Shown here piece after piece: positions 32,457-42,046 of a DNA stretch of 64,000 nucleotides (position 1 is the first letter of the stretch; every line of letters starts with the position of its first letter). Source of the DNA: Candidatus Omnitrophota bacterium. Its GTDB lineage: Bacteria; Omnitrophota; Gorgyraeia; Zapsychrales; JANLHA01. Where the stretch lies: NCBI GenBank assembly GCA_963662715.1, contig OY759724.1, forward strand, positions 1,818,662-1,882,661, in the 5' to 3' direction. A program made the position numbers and the translations under genes. The notes below the pieces were generated by a model. It was given only the letters and a program-made list of their open reading frames with translations. It was not told where the DNA came from and searched no databases.

Positions 32457-33002
32457 GTGGTCCCGAGACTGTTAATAAAATATAAAGAGGAAATCGTTCC
32501 TCAGATGACGAAAACATTTGGCATTCCCAATATATTGGCTGTTCCGCGGCTGGAAAAGATTGTTGTGAATATGGGGGTCGGGGAAGCGATTACGGATATT
32601 AAAATTCTAGAAAATGCCATGCAGGATTTGGCGAAGATTACCGGACAAAAACCGATTATTCGCCGATCCAGAAAGGCTATCTCGAATTTTAAACTCAGAG
32701 CAGGCATGCCGGTAGGCTGCAAGGTGACGTTGCGGGGACATAAAATGTATGAATTTCTTGACCGCTTTGTCAACGTGTGTTTGCCTCGTATTCGAGATTT
32801 CAACGGTGTCTCCATAAAATCATTTGACCGGCAGGGGAATTATGCCTTGGGGGTGGCGGATCAGGCCATATTCCCGGAGATTGAGGTCGGGCGTATTCAG
32901 CGCAGCCAGGGGATGGATGTTTGTTTTGTATTTACCCGGGGGCCGCAGGAACAGACCATGGAGTTGTTGCGTCTGTTCGGCATGCCGTTTAGTAAAAGTT
33001 AA
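32457..33002 (+). CDS. rplE: 50S ribosomal protein L5
   Basis: 181 aa of the L5 family. Confidence 0.93.
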   Translation: MVPRLLIKYKEEIVPQMTKTFGIPNILAVPRLEKIVVNMGVGEAITDIKILENAMQDLAKITGQKPIIRRSRKAISNFKLRAGMPVGCKVTLRGHKMYEFLDRFVNVCLPRIRDFNGVSIKSFDRQGNYALGVADQAIFPEIEVGRIQRSQGMDVCFVFTRGPQEQTMELLRLFGMPFSKS

Positions 33003-33033
33003 TGATTGAGATTTAAAGAGGATACTCTATATT

Positions 33034-33219
33034 ATGGCGAGAAAAGCCTTAATTCTAAAAGCCCAACGAAAACCGAAGTTTTCAACTCGGCAGCATAACC
33101 GTTGTACTTTGTGCGGTCGTCCTAAAGGATATTTGCGACGTTTTGGAACATGCCGTATTTGTTTTCGTGAATTGGCCTGGAAGGGAGAAATCCCCGGGGT
33201 CAAGAAAGCTAGCTGGTAA
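33034..33219 (+). CDS. rpsZ: 30S ribosomal protein S14 type Z (zinc-binding)
   Basis: 61 aa with CxxC...CxxC (CTLCGRP...CRIC), the short Zn-ribbon form of S14. Confidence 0.92.
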   Translation: MARKALILKAQRKPKFSTRQHNRCTLCGRPKGYLRRFGTCRICFRELAWKGEIPGVKKASW

Positions 33220-33256
33220 AAAACTAACTGAGAATATCTTATTAGAGGAATTGATT

Positions 33257-33652
33257 ATGTCATTGAATGATCCTATTGCTAATATGTTGACGTGCATTCG
33301 TAATGCCATTCAAGCTAAAAAGCAAACTGTGGATATCCGTGCGTCAAAATTGAATGGGAATATTTTGGAAATTTTTAAGAGTAATGGCTATATTGAAGAT
33401 TTTCGTTTGATGAAAAATGATGTTCAGGGATCATTTAAGGTCTATCTGAAATACAGTGGCAGCAAAGCTGCCATTATCGGACTAAAAAGGATCTCAAAGA
33501 GTGGATTAAGAGTGTATGCAACACGGAACAAGATCCCCCGCGTGTTGAATGGTTTAGGGACGGCTGTGATTTCGACATCCAAAGGGGTCTTGGACGACAA
33601 TGAAGCCCGACGACAAGGCGTTGGGGGAGAGGTGCTTTGTTATATCTGGTAA
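33257..33652 (+). CDS. rpsH: 30S ribosomal protein S8
   Basis: MSLNDPIANMLTCIRNA..., the S8 N-terminus. Start at ATG 33257 with an AGAGGA RBS. The track start at 33143 overlaps rpsZ. Confidence 0.93.
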   Translation: MSLNDPIANMLTCIRNAIQAKKQTVDIRASKLNGNILEIFKSNGYIEDFRLMKNDVQGSFKVYLKYSGSKAAIIGLKRISKSGLRVYATRNKIPRVLNGLGTAVISTSKGVLDDNEARRQGVGGEVLCYIW

Positions 33653-33658
33653 AAAATT

Positions 33659-34198
33659 ATGTCTAGAAAAGGAAAAATACCCATATCTGTTCCAAAGGAC
33701 GTTAAAGTTTCCATCGATAAAGGGCAGGTCTTGTTAGACGGGCCTAAAGGAAAAAAGGATTTTAGAATCCCGCAAGGCGTTAACGTAGAATACAAAGAAA
33801 ATCAGCTTGTGGTAAGCCGGTACAATGATGTTAAGCAAAGTCGGGCCAATCACGGTACGGCGCGGGCATTATTGGTTAATATCGTGGACGGTATCACCAA
33901 AGGGCATAAAAAGGAACTGGAAATCCGCGGTATTGGTTACCGGGCTCAGCTGCAGGGCAATACCTTGATTTTTAGCTTGGGATTCAGCCATCCTGTTGAA
34001 TTCGAGATCCCTAAAGATATCAAGGTGACTCTGCCCAAACCCACTTCGATTGTCTTGGAAGGCCAGGACAAGGTTCTGTTGGGACAGATTGCGGCTAAAA
34101 TCAGGGATTTGAAACCCCCGGAACCCTATAAAGGGAAAGGGATTCGATATTTAGATGAAGTTGTTCGAACTAAACAAGGTAAATCCGTAACGAAATAA
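33659..34198 (+). CDS. rplF: 50S ribosomal protein L6
   Basis: 179 aa, in operon position. Confidence 0.93.
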   Translation: MSRKGKIPISVPKDVKVSIDKGQVLLDGPKGKKDFRIPQGVNVEYKENQLVVSRYNDVKQSRANHGTARALLVNIVDGITKGHKKELEIRGIGYRAQLQGNTLIFSLGFSHPVEFEIPKDIKVTLPKPTSIVLEGQDKVLLGQIAAKIRDLKPPEPYKGKGIRYLDEVVRTKQGKSVTK

Positions 34199-34205
34199 TT
34201 AAGAT

Positions 34206-34577
34206 ATGGCACAGAAAACAATTAAAAAAGAAGTTAAGCGGTTAGCTCGACACAGCCGTTTACGGAAAAAAGTCAAAGGAACACCTGAAAGACCGCGGCT
34301 TTGCGTCTGCCGAAGTTTGAAGAATTTTTCTGCTCAGGTCATTGATGATTCTTCCGGGAAAGTGCTGTTTGGGTTATCAACAAAAAATAAAACTGTCATG
34401 CAGAAGATCAAATCAGGCGGCAATGTTCAGGCGGCTTCCATTTTGGGCGAGGCTTTTGCGGCTGAAGCTGCGAATAAAGGAGTGAAAAAGGTCTGTTTTG
34501 ATCGAAGCGGTTATGTTTACCATGGTCGGGTCAAAGCGTTTGCAGAGGCGGCCAGAAAAGGCGGGTTGGATTTTTAA
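34206..34577 (+). CDS. rplR: 50S ribosomal protein L18
   Basis: 123 aa, in operon position. Confidence 0.92.
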   Translation: MAQKTIKKEVKRLARHSRLRKKVKGTPERPRLCVCRSLKNFSAQVIDDSSGKVLFGLSTKNKTVMQKIKSGGNVQAASILGEAFAAEAANKGVKKVCFDRSGYVYHGRVKAFAEAARKGGLDF

Positions 34578-34620
34578 GTTTAAGGATGTGACTTAATCAT
34601 TATTTGGAGATTACTCTATT

Positions 34621-35259
34621 ATGGATAACGGGAACAGTCAACAGAATCAGAATGAGGAACAGAAGAACGCATCTCAGCCTGATACTCAAAATGAAAAAGA
34701 ATCTTCTCAGGGGAAGGGTGGAGAATCGTCATCCCGGAGACAGGGCCGGGGGCGGCAGCCCTATCAACGGAAGCCTGTCGCCGAATCCTCGGAATATATG
34801 GAAAAGGTTTTATCTATTAAGCGTGTTACGAAAGTTACGAAGGGGGGAAAGAAATTATCCTTCAGTGCTTTGGTTGTTGTCGGTGATATGAAAGGCCATG
34901 TCGGTTATAACTTGGCCAAGGCCGGGGAAGTGGCCATCGCCATCCGTAAGGCCTTGACGCGCGCCAAGAAGAACATGATCAGAATCCCTTTAAAAGGCAC
35001 GACGATCCCTCATCAGATTGTCGGGGTCTGCGGCGGGGCAGAAGTCTTATTGAAGCCGGCGTCTGACGGAACCGGCGTTATCGCATCCGGGGCTGTCCGG
35101 GCCGTTTGTGAAGGTGCCGGCATCCATAATATTCTGACAAAATGCCATCGCAGTAATAACCCGATCAATGTCGTTAAAGCGACGATGGACGGGTTAACGA
35201 GAATGAAGTCAAAACAATATAAAGAATTGGAACAGGTACAAACAGATGCAAGTTCATAA
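34621..35259 (+). CDS. rpsE: 30S ribosomal protein S5 (with a roughly 55-aa Q/N/E-rich N-terminal extension)
   Basis: Core S5 domains ([14 protein letters not shown]...). The alternative internal start at 34798 (MEKVL) would give a canonical-length S5 but leaves a 220-nt gap after rplR, so the extended form is preferred. Confidence 0.88.
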   Translation: MDNGNSQQNQNEEQKNASQPDTQNEKESSQGKGGESSSRRQGRGRQPYQRKPVAESSEYMEKVLSIKRVTKVTKGGKKLSFSALVVVGDMKGHVGYNLAKAGEVAIAIRKALTRAKKNMIRIPLKGTTIPHQIVGVCGGAEVLLKPASDGTGVIASGAVRAVCEGAGIHNILTKCHRSNNPINVVKATMDGLTRMKSKQYKELEQVQTDASS

Positions 35260-35716
35260 TTTGAAACCAGCTCCCGGAGCAAGAAAACGAAGAAAAATTG
35301 TCGGCCGTGGCAACGGATCCGGTCATGGAAAAACAAGTTGCCGGGGACAGACCGGGCAGAAATCCCGTTCAGGCAGGGGTATTCTCAGGCATTTGGAAGG
35401 AGGGCAAATCCCTCTTATCCGCCGGTTGCCCAAAGTGGGATTCCGGAGCAAGAGACCGGTTCTTTATCAATTGGTGCCCTTAAAGAAGCTGGCAGAACTC
35501 AACGAGGCCAAGATCGATGCCCAAACCTTGCAGGATTCCGGGATGATTAAGAATATGTTCAAGCCCTTTAAAATTGTCGGCAACACAGACATTAAGAACG
35601 CTATTCAGGTCGAAGCTTACAGCTGCTCCAAACGGGCGGAAGAAATTATTAAAGCGGCCGGCGGGCAGGTTGTCCTCATAGATAAAAAGATTCTTAAAGA
35701 GAAAAATAAAAATTAA
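35246..35716 (+). CDS. rplO: 50S ribosomal protein L15
   Basis: [30 protein letters not shown]. It directly follows rpsE, with no rpmD (L30) between. Confidence 0.93.
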   Translation: MQVHNLKPAPGARKRRKIVGRGNGSGHGKTSCRGQTGQKSRSGRGILRHLEGGQIPLIRRLPKVGFRSKRPVLYQLVPLKKLAELNEAKIDAQTLQDSGMIKNMFKPFKIVGNTDIKNAIQVEAYSCSKRAEEIIKAAGGQVVLIDKKILKEKNKN

Positions 35717-35734
35717 AGTTCGTTTGTATTTATT

Positions 35735-37075
35735 ATGATATCCGGTTTTGCCAATTGTTTTAAGATCCCAGACTTAAGGAAAAGAATCCTTATCACTTTA
35801 GGAATCATTGCTCTTTATCGCGTCGGATGCTTTATCCCGACGCCCGGGGTTAACGGAGCCGTTCTCACGGAATATTTTCAGAAATTAAGTACGTCTAACT
35901 CTGGTTCGATCTTTGGAATTATTAATATGTTTTCCGGTGGCGCGATTGCGAAAATGACCGTCTTCGCCCTGGGAATTATGCCGTATATTTCCAGTTCGAT
36001 TATTATGCAGCTTTTAACCGCCGTTATCCCTGCTTTAGAAAAGTTGTCGAAAGAAGGGCAGGCCGGTTATCATAAAATCAATCAGTATACGCGCTATGGG
36101 ACGTTAATCCTTTGCTTGGTGCAGTCCTTTTTCATTTCTTTATGGATGGAGAAGGGTTTTGGCGATGTGAGTATTGTTAATAATCCGGGATGGCCGTTTC
36201 GTATCACAACAGTGCTAACGTTGACCTGCGGAACATTGCTGCTCATGTGGCTCGGGGAGCAAATTCAGGAGCGCGGGATCGGACAAGGCATCTCTTTGAT
36301 CATCACAGCGGGGATTATTTCATCAGCTCCGCAAGCCGTCCAGACTCTTGTGATGCTGATGAATGCCAAGACCGTAGGAGCCGCCCAGTTGCAGCCTTTG
36401 ACGTTGCTTATGATGCTGGTTTTCCTGGTGGGAGTCGTCGTTGCGATTACTCTTATCACACAGGCTCAGCGGAAAATCCCCATTCAATATGCCAGAAGAA
36501 TCGTCGGACGGAAAGTCTATGGCGGGCAAAGCACCTACCTTCCTCTTAAGGTCGATACGTCGGGTGTTATTGCGATTATTTTTGCCCAGTCCATTATTTT
36601 GTTCCCTGCGACGTTGGCAAGTTTTATCCCTTCGCAAGGATTTCAAACCTTTGCCTCCTTGTTGCAAAGAGGTGGATGGCTTTATTATATGTTGTATGGA
36701 TTGCTGATTATTTTCTTCTGTTATTTTTATACGGCGATAGTTTTCAACCCCATCGATGTTGCCGAAAACTTAAAGAAACACGGCGGGTTTATCCCCGGTG
36801 TCCGCCCGGGAGCGCAGACAGCGAATTATTTGGAATTTGTGCTTGAACGTATTACGTTAGCCGGTGCCTTTTTTATATGTTCCATTGCTATTATGCCGGA
36901 TGCCATTATGGCGTCTTTCCGGGTGCCTTACCTGGTGGCTTCCTTTTTCGGCGGCACAGGCGTTTTGATTACCGTGGGCGTTATGCTGGACACCATGAAA
37001 CAGATCGAGTCTCATTTGCTGATGCGTCATTATGACGGATTTATGAGGTCGGGTCAATTAAGGGGGAGACGATGA
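35735..37075 (+). CDS. secY: Preprotein translocase subunit SecY
   Basis: 446 aa with 10 predicted transmembrane segments, in the conserved position after rplO. Confidence 0.95.
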   Translation: MISGFANCFKIPDLRKRILITLGIIALYRVGCFIPTPGVNGAVLTEYFQKLSTSNSGSIFGIINMFSGGAIAKMTVFALGIMPYISSSIIMQLLTAVIPALEKLSKEGQAGYHKINQYTRYGTLILCLVQSFFISLWMEKGFGDVSIVNNPGWPFRITTVLTLTCGTLLLMWLGEQIQERGIGQGISLIITAGIISSAPQAVQTLVMLMNAKTVGAAQLQPLTLLMMLVFLVGVVVAITLITQAQRKIPIQYARRIVGRKVYGGQSTYLPLKVDTSGVIAIIFAQSIILFPATLASFIPSQGFQTFASLLQRGGWLYYMLYGLLIIFFCYFYTAIVFNPIDVAENLKKHGGFIPGVRPGAQTANYLEFVLERITLAGAFFICSIAIMPDAIMASFRVPYLVASFFGGTGVLITVGVMLDTMKQIESHLLMRHYDGFMRSGQLRGRR

Positions 37076-37758
37076 ATCTTGTTTTGCTGGGGCCTCCTGG
37101 GGCGGGAAAAGGAACTTTTGCCGGCCTGATCAAGCAATCTTTGGGGTTGTGCCATATATCCACGGGGGATATGTTGCGGGAAGCCATGAAAAGCGGTTCT
37201 GATCTTGGCAAAACGGTAAAGTCTTATGTTGAGAGCGGCGGCCTTGTCCCGGATGAACTGATTGTCCAGATTATCGAACAAAGGTTGAAACAGGATGATG
37301 TGCAGCAGCACGGGTATTTGCTGGACGGATTCCCGAGGACAACCCCACAGGCCCAGGCCTTGGATGATATTCTTGACCGTATCCGGCAGCCCATTGATCT
37401 GGTGGTTTATATGGAAGCGGGACTCCCGGTCATCGTCCAGCGGCTGACTGGACGCAGGATATGCCGGCAATGTAATGCGATTTATCATATTGTCAACATG
37501 CCCTCCAAACAGGAAGGCATATGTGATGCCTGTGGAGGTGAATTGTATCAGCGGCCGGATGATAATGAAGAAACGATAACGAACCGTATGAACGTTTACA
37601 CACAAAGCACGCAGCCTATTGTGGATTATTATCAAAGTCAGGACAAGTTGCGTAAGTTTAATGCGGAAAACAAGACGATTGAACTTTTAAATGAGTTAAA
37701 GAAAATTCTGAATGAATCAAAAACATCAGATAAAGATCAAGTCGCCTCAAGAGATTGA
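37072..37758 (+). CDS. adk: Adenylate kinase (with a Cys4 zinc-lid)
   Basis: P-loop GPPGAGKGT and a lid CRQC...CDAC. The 3' end overlaps map by 47 nt. Confidence 0.93.
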   Translation: MNLVLLGPPGAGKGTFAGLIKQSLGLCHISTGDMLREAMKSGSDLGKTVKSYVESGGLVPDELIVQIIEQRLKQDDVQQHGYLLDGFPRTTPQAQALDDILDRIRQPIDLVVYMEAGLPVIVQRLTGRRICRQCNAIYHIVNMPSKQEGICDACGGELYQRPDDNEETITNRMNVYTQSTQPIVDYYQSQDKLRKFNAENKTIELLNELKKILNESKTSDKDQVASRD

Positions 37759-38473
37759 AGAATTAGCGCACGCAGGAAAAATCCTGGCTGCAATTGTTAA
37801 AGATTTAATTTGCTCTTTAAAATCTGGAATGACAACAGGAGAGCTGGACGCCATTTGTGAGGATTTGATCGCGCAGAAACGTGTCAAGCCAGCCTTCAAA
37901 GGGTATCGCGGTTTTCCCTCTTGTGCCTGTATTTCGGTCAATCAGGAGGTTGTCCACGGAATCCCTGGCCCGAAAGCCATCCGTGACGGAGATATCGTCA
38001 GTGTCGATATCGGGATCATTTATCATGATTTCTTCTCCGATATGGCGGTGACCGTCGGCGTTGGAGATTTCTCCCCGGAGCTTGAGGAGCTCCTCGGCGT
38101 TACGGAAATGGGCTTGCATCAGGGAATCGCTCAAGCCCGTGAGAACAATCATCTGTCAGATATTTCGAATGCCATTCAGACATATGTTGAGTCGAGAGGA
38201 TTTTCTGTCGTTCGTGACTTTGTGGGACATGGCATAGGCCGGAATCTTCACGAGGAGCCGGAGATACCTAATTTCGGAGCTCCCCATGAAGGGCCTGTCT
38301 TAAAGGCCGGAATGGTTTTGGCGATTGAGCCTATGGTTAATATGGGAACTTGGCACACAAAGATATTGGACGATGGATGGACCGTAGAGACCCTGGACGG
38401 GAAGCCATCTGCTCATTTTGAACATACGGTTGCCGTTACAGAAGATGGGCCGAGAATCCTAACATTATCATAG
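37712..38473 (+). CDS. map: Methionine aminopeptidase type I
   Basis: M24 pita-bread fold with conserved D/D/H/E/E metal ligands (e.g. DIVSVDIG, FVGHGIG). Confidence 0.93.
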   Translation: MNQKHQIKIKSPQEIEELAHAGKILAAIVKDLICSLKSGMTTGELDAICEDLIAQKRVKPAFKGYRGFPSCACISVNQEVVHGIPGPKAIRDGDIVSVDIGIIYHDFFSDMAVTVGVGDFSPELEELLGVTEMGLHQGIAQARENNHLSDISNAIQTYVESRGFSVVRDFVGHGIGRNLHEEPEIPNFGAPHEGPVLKAGMVLAIEPMVNMGTWHTKILDDGWTVETLDGKPSAHFEHTVAVTEDGPRILTLS

Positions 38474-38482
38474 AGATCGTTT

Positions 38483-38704
38483 ATGGCTAAAGAAGATTTA
38501 ATAGAAGTGGAAGGAACAATTGTCGAAGCTTTGCCCAATGCCATCTTCCGGGTTAAGCTGGAAAACGGGCATGAGGTCAAGGCCCATATATCCGGGAAGA
38601 TCCGTATGCATTTCATCCGGATATTGCCCGGGGATAAAGTGAAACTGGAATTATCCCCATATGATCTTTCAAGGGGAAGAATTACTTACAGGTGTAAATC
38701 ATGA
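38483..38704 (+). CDS. infA: Translation initiation factor IF-1
   Basis: [32 protein letters not shown]..., canonical IF-1. Confidence 0.95.
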   Translation: MAKEDLIEVEGTIVEALPNAIFRVKLENGHEVKAHISGKIRMHFIRILPGDKVKLELSPYDLSRGRITYRCKS

Positions 38705-38814
38705 AAGTAAAATCGTCTGTTAAACGTATTTGCAGTAATTGTAAAATAGTGCGGCGTAAAAATGTCGTTAGAGTGATTTGCTCTAATCCTAAACATAAGC
38801 AAAGACAAGGTTAA
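38701..38814 (+). CDS. rpmJ: 50S ribosomal protein L36. Not in the ORF track.
   Basis: 37-aa [37 protein letters not shown] with a zinc ribbon. ATGA overlap with the infA stop. Confidence 0.9.
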   Translation: MKVKSSVKRICSNCKIVRRKNVVRVICSNPKHKQRQG

Positions 38815-38868
38815 GACAAGGTTTACGAAGGCCCGAGTTAACAACATTAATTGTTTGAGGAAAATAAT

Positions 38869-39234
38869 ATGCCAAGAATCTTAGGTGTGGATATCCCCAG
38901 AGAAAAAAGGATCGATGCGGCGTTGCCCTATCTTTATGGGATCGGCCCGACAACAGCCCGGAAAGCGCTGGATGAAGCCAATATTGAATATCATCGCCGC
39001 GCCAAGGACCTTTCTGACGAAGAAATTGCCCGGCTGACAGGCGTTATTCAGAATAATTTTGTGATTGAAGGGGATCTCCGCCGGGAAATGACCCAGAATA
39101 TTCGCCGTCATATGGATATTGGAACCCATCGCGGTTTGCGTCACCGTAAAGGATTACCGGTGCGGGGACAAAGAACCAAGACAAATGCCCGCACGCGCAA
39201 AGGGCGCAAGGGCTTTATCGGCGGGAAGAGGTAA
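38869..39234 (+). CDS. rpsM: 30S ribosomal protein S13
   Basis: MPRILGVDIPREKR... Start at ATG 38869 (TGAGGA RBS). Confidence 0.93.
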   Translation: MPRILGVDIPREKRIDAALPYLYGIGPTTARKALDEANIEYHRRAKDLSDEEIARLTGVIQNNFVIEGDLRREMTQNIRRHMDIGTHRGLRHRKGLPVRGQRTKTNARTRKGRKGFIGGKR

Positions 39235-39266
39235 TAACAGAGGCAATACAATTTTGAGGATACGAC

Positions 39267-39674
39267 ATGGCAAAAGGTAAAATTTCAGCAAGGAAAGAAA
39301 AGAAACTCAAAAAAAAGATGCTTAAAGGCATCACTGCGGGCATCGTGCATATCAAGGCGACTTTTAATAATACGCTTATTACGATAACGGATAAGCAGGG
39401 CAATGCCATCACCTGGTCCAGCCCTGGTGCCGTGGGTTTTAACGGCTCCAAGAAATCAACGCCTTTTGCCGCTCAGGTTGCTGCCAGTTCTGCCGCTAAG
39501 GAAGCCAAGGAATTGGGATTAAACAGTGTGGATATATTAGTCAAAGGCCCCGGCTCTGGCCGTGAGTCAGCGATTCGTGCCGTTCAGGCGGCGGGTTTAA
39601 ACGTTATGTCTATTAGAGACGTGACTCCCATGCCGCATAACGGTTGCCGGCCGCGCAAGAAAAGAAGAGTCTAA
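39267..39674 (+). CDS. rpsK: 30S ribosomal protein S11
   Basis: 135 aa of the S11 family. Confidence 0.93.
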   Translation: MAKGKISARKEKKLKKKMLKGITAGIVHIKATFNNTLITITDKQGNAITWSSPGAVGFNGSKKSTPFAAQVAASSAAKEAKELGLNSVDILVKGPGSGRESAIRAVQAAGLNVMSIRDVTPMPHNGCRPRKKRRV

Positions 39675-39719
39675 AGGGTCGTCTGTTCAAAGGACATAAA
39701 GGAAAGGAAAAATCGTAGC

Positions 39720-40346
39720 ATGGCAAGAGACTTAGAGCCAAGTTGCAAGAAATGCAGACGGGAAGGAGAGAAGTTGTTCCTGAAAGGCACGCGATGCCAT
39801 ACGCACCGTTGCGCTTATGACCGCAGGGAATATGCCCCGGGCGACCATGGGAACCGAAGAACAAAGCTGTCGAATTACGGGTTACAGCTCCGGGAAAAGC
39901 AAAAAGTCAAAAGAATTTACGGGCTTCTGGAAAGACAGTTCCGTCTTTATTTTGGGAAAGCCGCTCGTAAAAAAGGGGTTACAGGGTCGATTTTGCTTCA
40001 ATATCTGGAGCGGCGCCTGGACAACGTTATTTATCAGCTTGGTTTTTCCGTTTCTCGTAAGCAAGCCCGGCAGTTTGTTTCGCATGGCTTCGTTTATGTC
40101 AATGACCGGCGAGTCAATATCCCGTCATATCTGATAAAACAGAATGATGAGATTTCCATGAAGTTTGATAAAAAAGGCAAGGAAAAAGTTAAGGAAAATA
40201 TTGAGTCTTCGGAAGGCCGTGCCGTGCCGGCTTGGCTGATGCCTGATCCGGAACATTTCAAAGGAAAAGTCTTGCGTTTGCCTGAACGGGAAGATATCGA
40301 TTTCTCGGTCAACGAACAGTTGATCGTCGAGCTTTATTCAAGATAA
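39720..40346 (+). CDS. rpsD: 30S ribosomal protein S4
   Basis: 208 aa with an N-terminal Zn-finger-like CKKCRREGEKLFLKGTRC motif and an S4 domain. Confidence 0.93.
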   Translation: MARDLEPSCKKCRREGEKLFLKGTRCHTHRCAYDRREYAPGDHGNRRTKLSNYGLQLREKQKVKRIYGLLERQFRLYFGKAARKKGVTGSILLQYLERRLDNVIYQLGFSVSRKQARQFVSHGFVYVNDRRVNIPSYLIKQNDEISMKFDKKGKEKVKENIESSEGRAVPAWLMPDPEHFKGKVLRLPEREDIDFSVNEQLIVELYSR

Positions 40347-40384
40347 AACTCTCTCAAGACCAGATTTTAATTTAGGAGGATAAT

Positions 40385-41383
40385 ATGGGAGTCAAGTGGC
40401 GAGATTTCCAAATGCCCAAACGATTAGATTGTGAAGAAGCAAATTATACGTCGCGATACGGCCGTTTTGTTGCGGAACCTTTTGAGCGAGGCTACGGGGT
40501 CACATTAGGTAATTCTCTTCGAAGAATATTATTGTCTTCTATTGAAGGAAGCGCCGTTACGTCTATCCGTATAGAGGGAGTTCAGCATGAATTTTCAACG
40601 TTAGCCGGGGTCTTAGAACCGGTCACGGATATTGTCCTCAATATCAAGGGCCTGGTCCTGCGTTCCCATTCCAAAGTCCCTAAGACGGTTTACATTAAGA
40701 AAGATAAGAGCGGTCCGATACTGGCCAGAGATATTATCACAGACGAGACCGTTGAAATTATGAATCCCGACCATCATATCGCGACATTAACACAGGATAT
40801 CCCGTTTAACATGGATATGGAAATCTGTAAGGGGCGCGGATATGTCCCGGCTGAAGTTCATAAGAATGAAGGGTTAACCATCGGTTCGATCGCGGTGGAT
40901 TCTATTTTTACTCCGATTGCTAAGGTTAATTTTTATGTCGAGAACACGCGTGTCGGGCAACGGACAGATTATGACAGGCTGATCCTGGACATTTGGACCA
41001 ACGGCGGCATTGAGCCTAAAGAAGCCCTGCTCTACGGCGCGAATATTTTACAGCGACATTTGGACGTTTTTGTCGCTTACGGACAACTTCCGGAAGAAGA
41101 AGAGGAAGAGGAAGAAATTTCCGCTGAAGAAGAAGCGATGTATGAGAAATTGCGTCTGCCGATCTCCGAGCTGGAATTATCCGTCAGAAGCGCGAACTGT
41201 CTGAAAGATGCGAACATAAAGACCATAGCGGAACTGGTTCGAAAAACAGAGTCAGAGTTGTTGAGTTTTAGAAATTTCGGTAAGAAATCCTTAACAGAAA
41301 TAAATGATTTACTTAAAATCATGGGGTTGCATTTGGGGATGAAGGTCGACCTGAAGAAACTGAAAAAGACCGGAGACGCATAA
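40385..41383 (+). CDS. rpoA: DNA-directed RNA polymerase subunit alpha
   Basis: 332 aa with an NTD, an acidic poly-Glu linker (EEEEEEEE) and an alpha-CTD ([12 protein letters not shown]). Confidence 0.95.
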   Translation: MGVKWRDFQMPKRLDCEEANYTSRYGRFVAEPFERGYGVTLGNSLRRILLSSIEGSAVTSIRIEGVQHEFSTLAGVLEPVTDIVLNIKGLVLRSHSKVPKTVYIKKDKSGPILARDIITDETVEIMNPDHHIATLTQDIPFNMDMEICKGRGYVPAEVHKNEGLTIGSIAVDSIFTPIAKVNFYVENTRVGQRTDYDRLILDIWTNGGIEPKEALLYGANILQRHLDVFVAYGQLPEEEEEEEEISAEEEAMYEKLRLPISELELSVRSANCLKDANIKTIAELVRKTESELLSFRNFGKKSLTEINDLLKIMGLHLGMKVDLKKLKKTGDA

Positions 41384-41423
41384 TCAACCTCACGACGATG
41401 CTAGACAAAGGAAACGATGTTTT

Positions 41424-42029
41424 ATGAGACATGGAATCGCAGGAAATAGGTTGGGAAGGAATTCAAGCTGGCGAAAAGCGACCATTCGGGATATTGCCAA
41501 AGCGACACTGCTCCGCGAGAAAATCTGTACGACCAAGGCCAAAGCCAAAGAATCTCGCAAATTGGTTGACCGATTGATTACCATGGGAAAGAAGGGTACG
41601 TTAGCCCACAAAAGACGGGCTTTTGCTGTCCTTTGCGATCATAAACTCGTGAGCGAATTATTTAATAACATTGCTCCGCGTTTTCAGCTGCGGCGAGGCG
41701 GATACACCCGCATTATTCCTTTAGCTCTGGGGCGCCGGGGCGACAATGCAGAGATGGTTTTTTTAGAACTCACCGAAAAGAAGCCGGTGCCTGTGGGGAA
41801 ACCCAAGAAATCTTTATCATCAAAGAAGAAAAAAGCAGCTTCTGATAAAGAGACGGCTCCTCCCGTTGATCCAAAATCCGACTCAATGACGGCCGGAAAA
41901 ACCAAGTTTAAACCCCCGAAGTCAGTCCAGGAATCCACCAAACAAGAAAAGAAGGAAAAGGGCAAGACAGAGAAGAAGTCCATGGGGGGCATTAAAAAGA
42001 TATTTAGAAGAAAAAAGACATCCGAATAG
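41424..42029 (+). CDS. rplQ: 50S ribosomal protein L17 (with a roughly 80-aa Lys-rich C-terminal extension)
   Basis: L17 core (MRHGIAGNRLGRNSSWRKA...) plus a KKPVPVGKPKK...KKEKGKTEKK tail. Confidence 0.9.
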   Translation: MRHGIAGNRLGRNSSWRKATIRDIAKATLLREKICTTKAKAKESRKLVDRLITMGKKGTLAHKRRAFAVLCDHKLVSELFNNIAPRFQLRRGGYTRIIPLALGRRGDNAEMVFLELTEKKPVPVGKPKKSLSSKKKKAASDKETAPPVDPKSDSMTAGKTKFKPPKSVQESTKQEKKEKGKTEKKSMGGIKKIFRRKKTSE

Positions 42030-42046
42030 TTCGAAGGGAGACCATC

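Noticed and set aside
41077-41130. GAA/GAG simple repeat (gaagaagaagaggaagaggaagaa)
   Set aside because: It encodes the poly-Glu interdomain linker of rpoA. It is coding low complexity, not a mobile or regulatory repeat.
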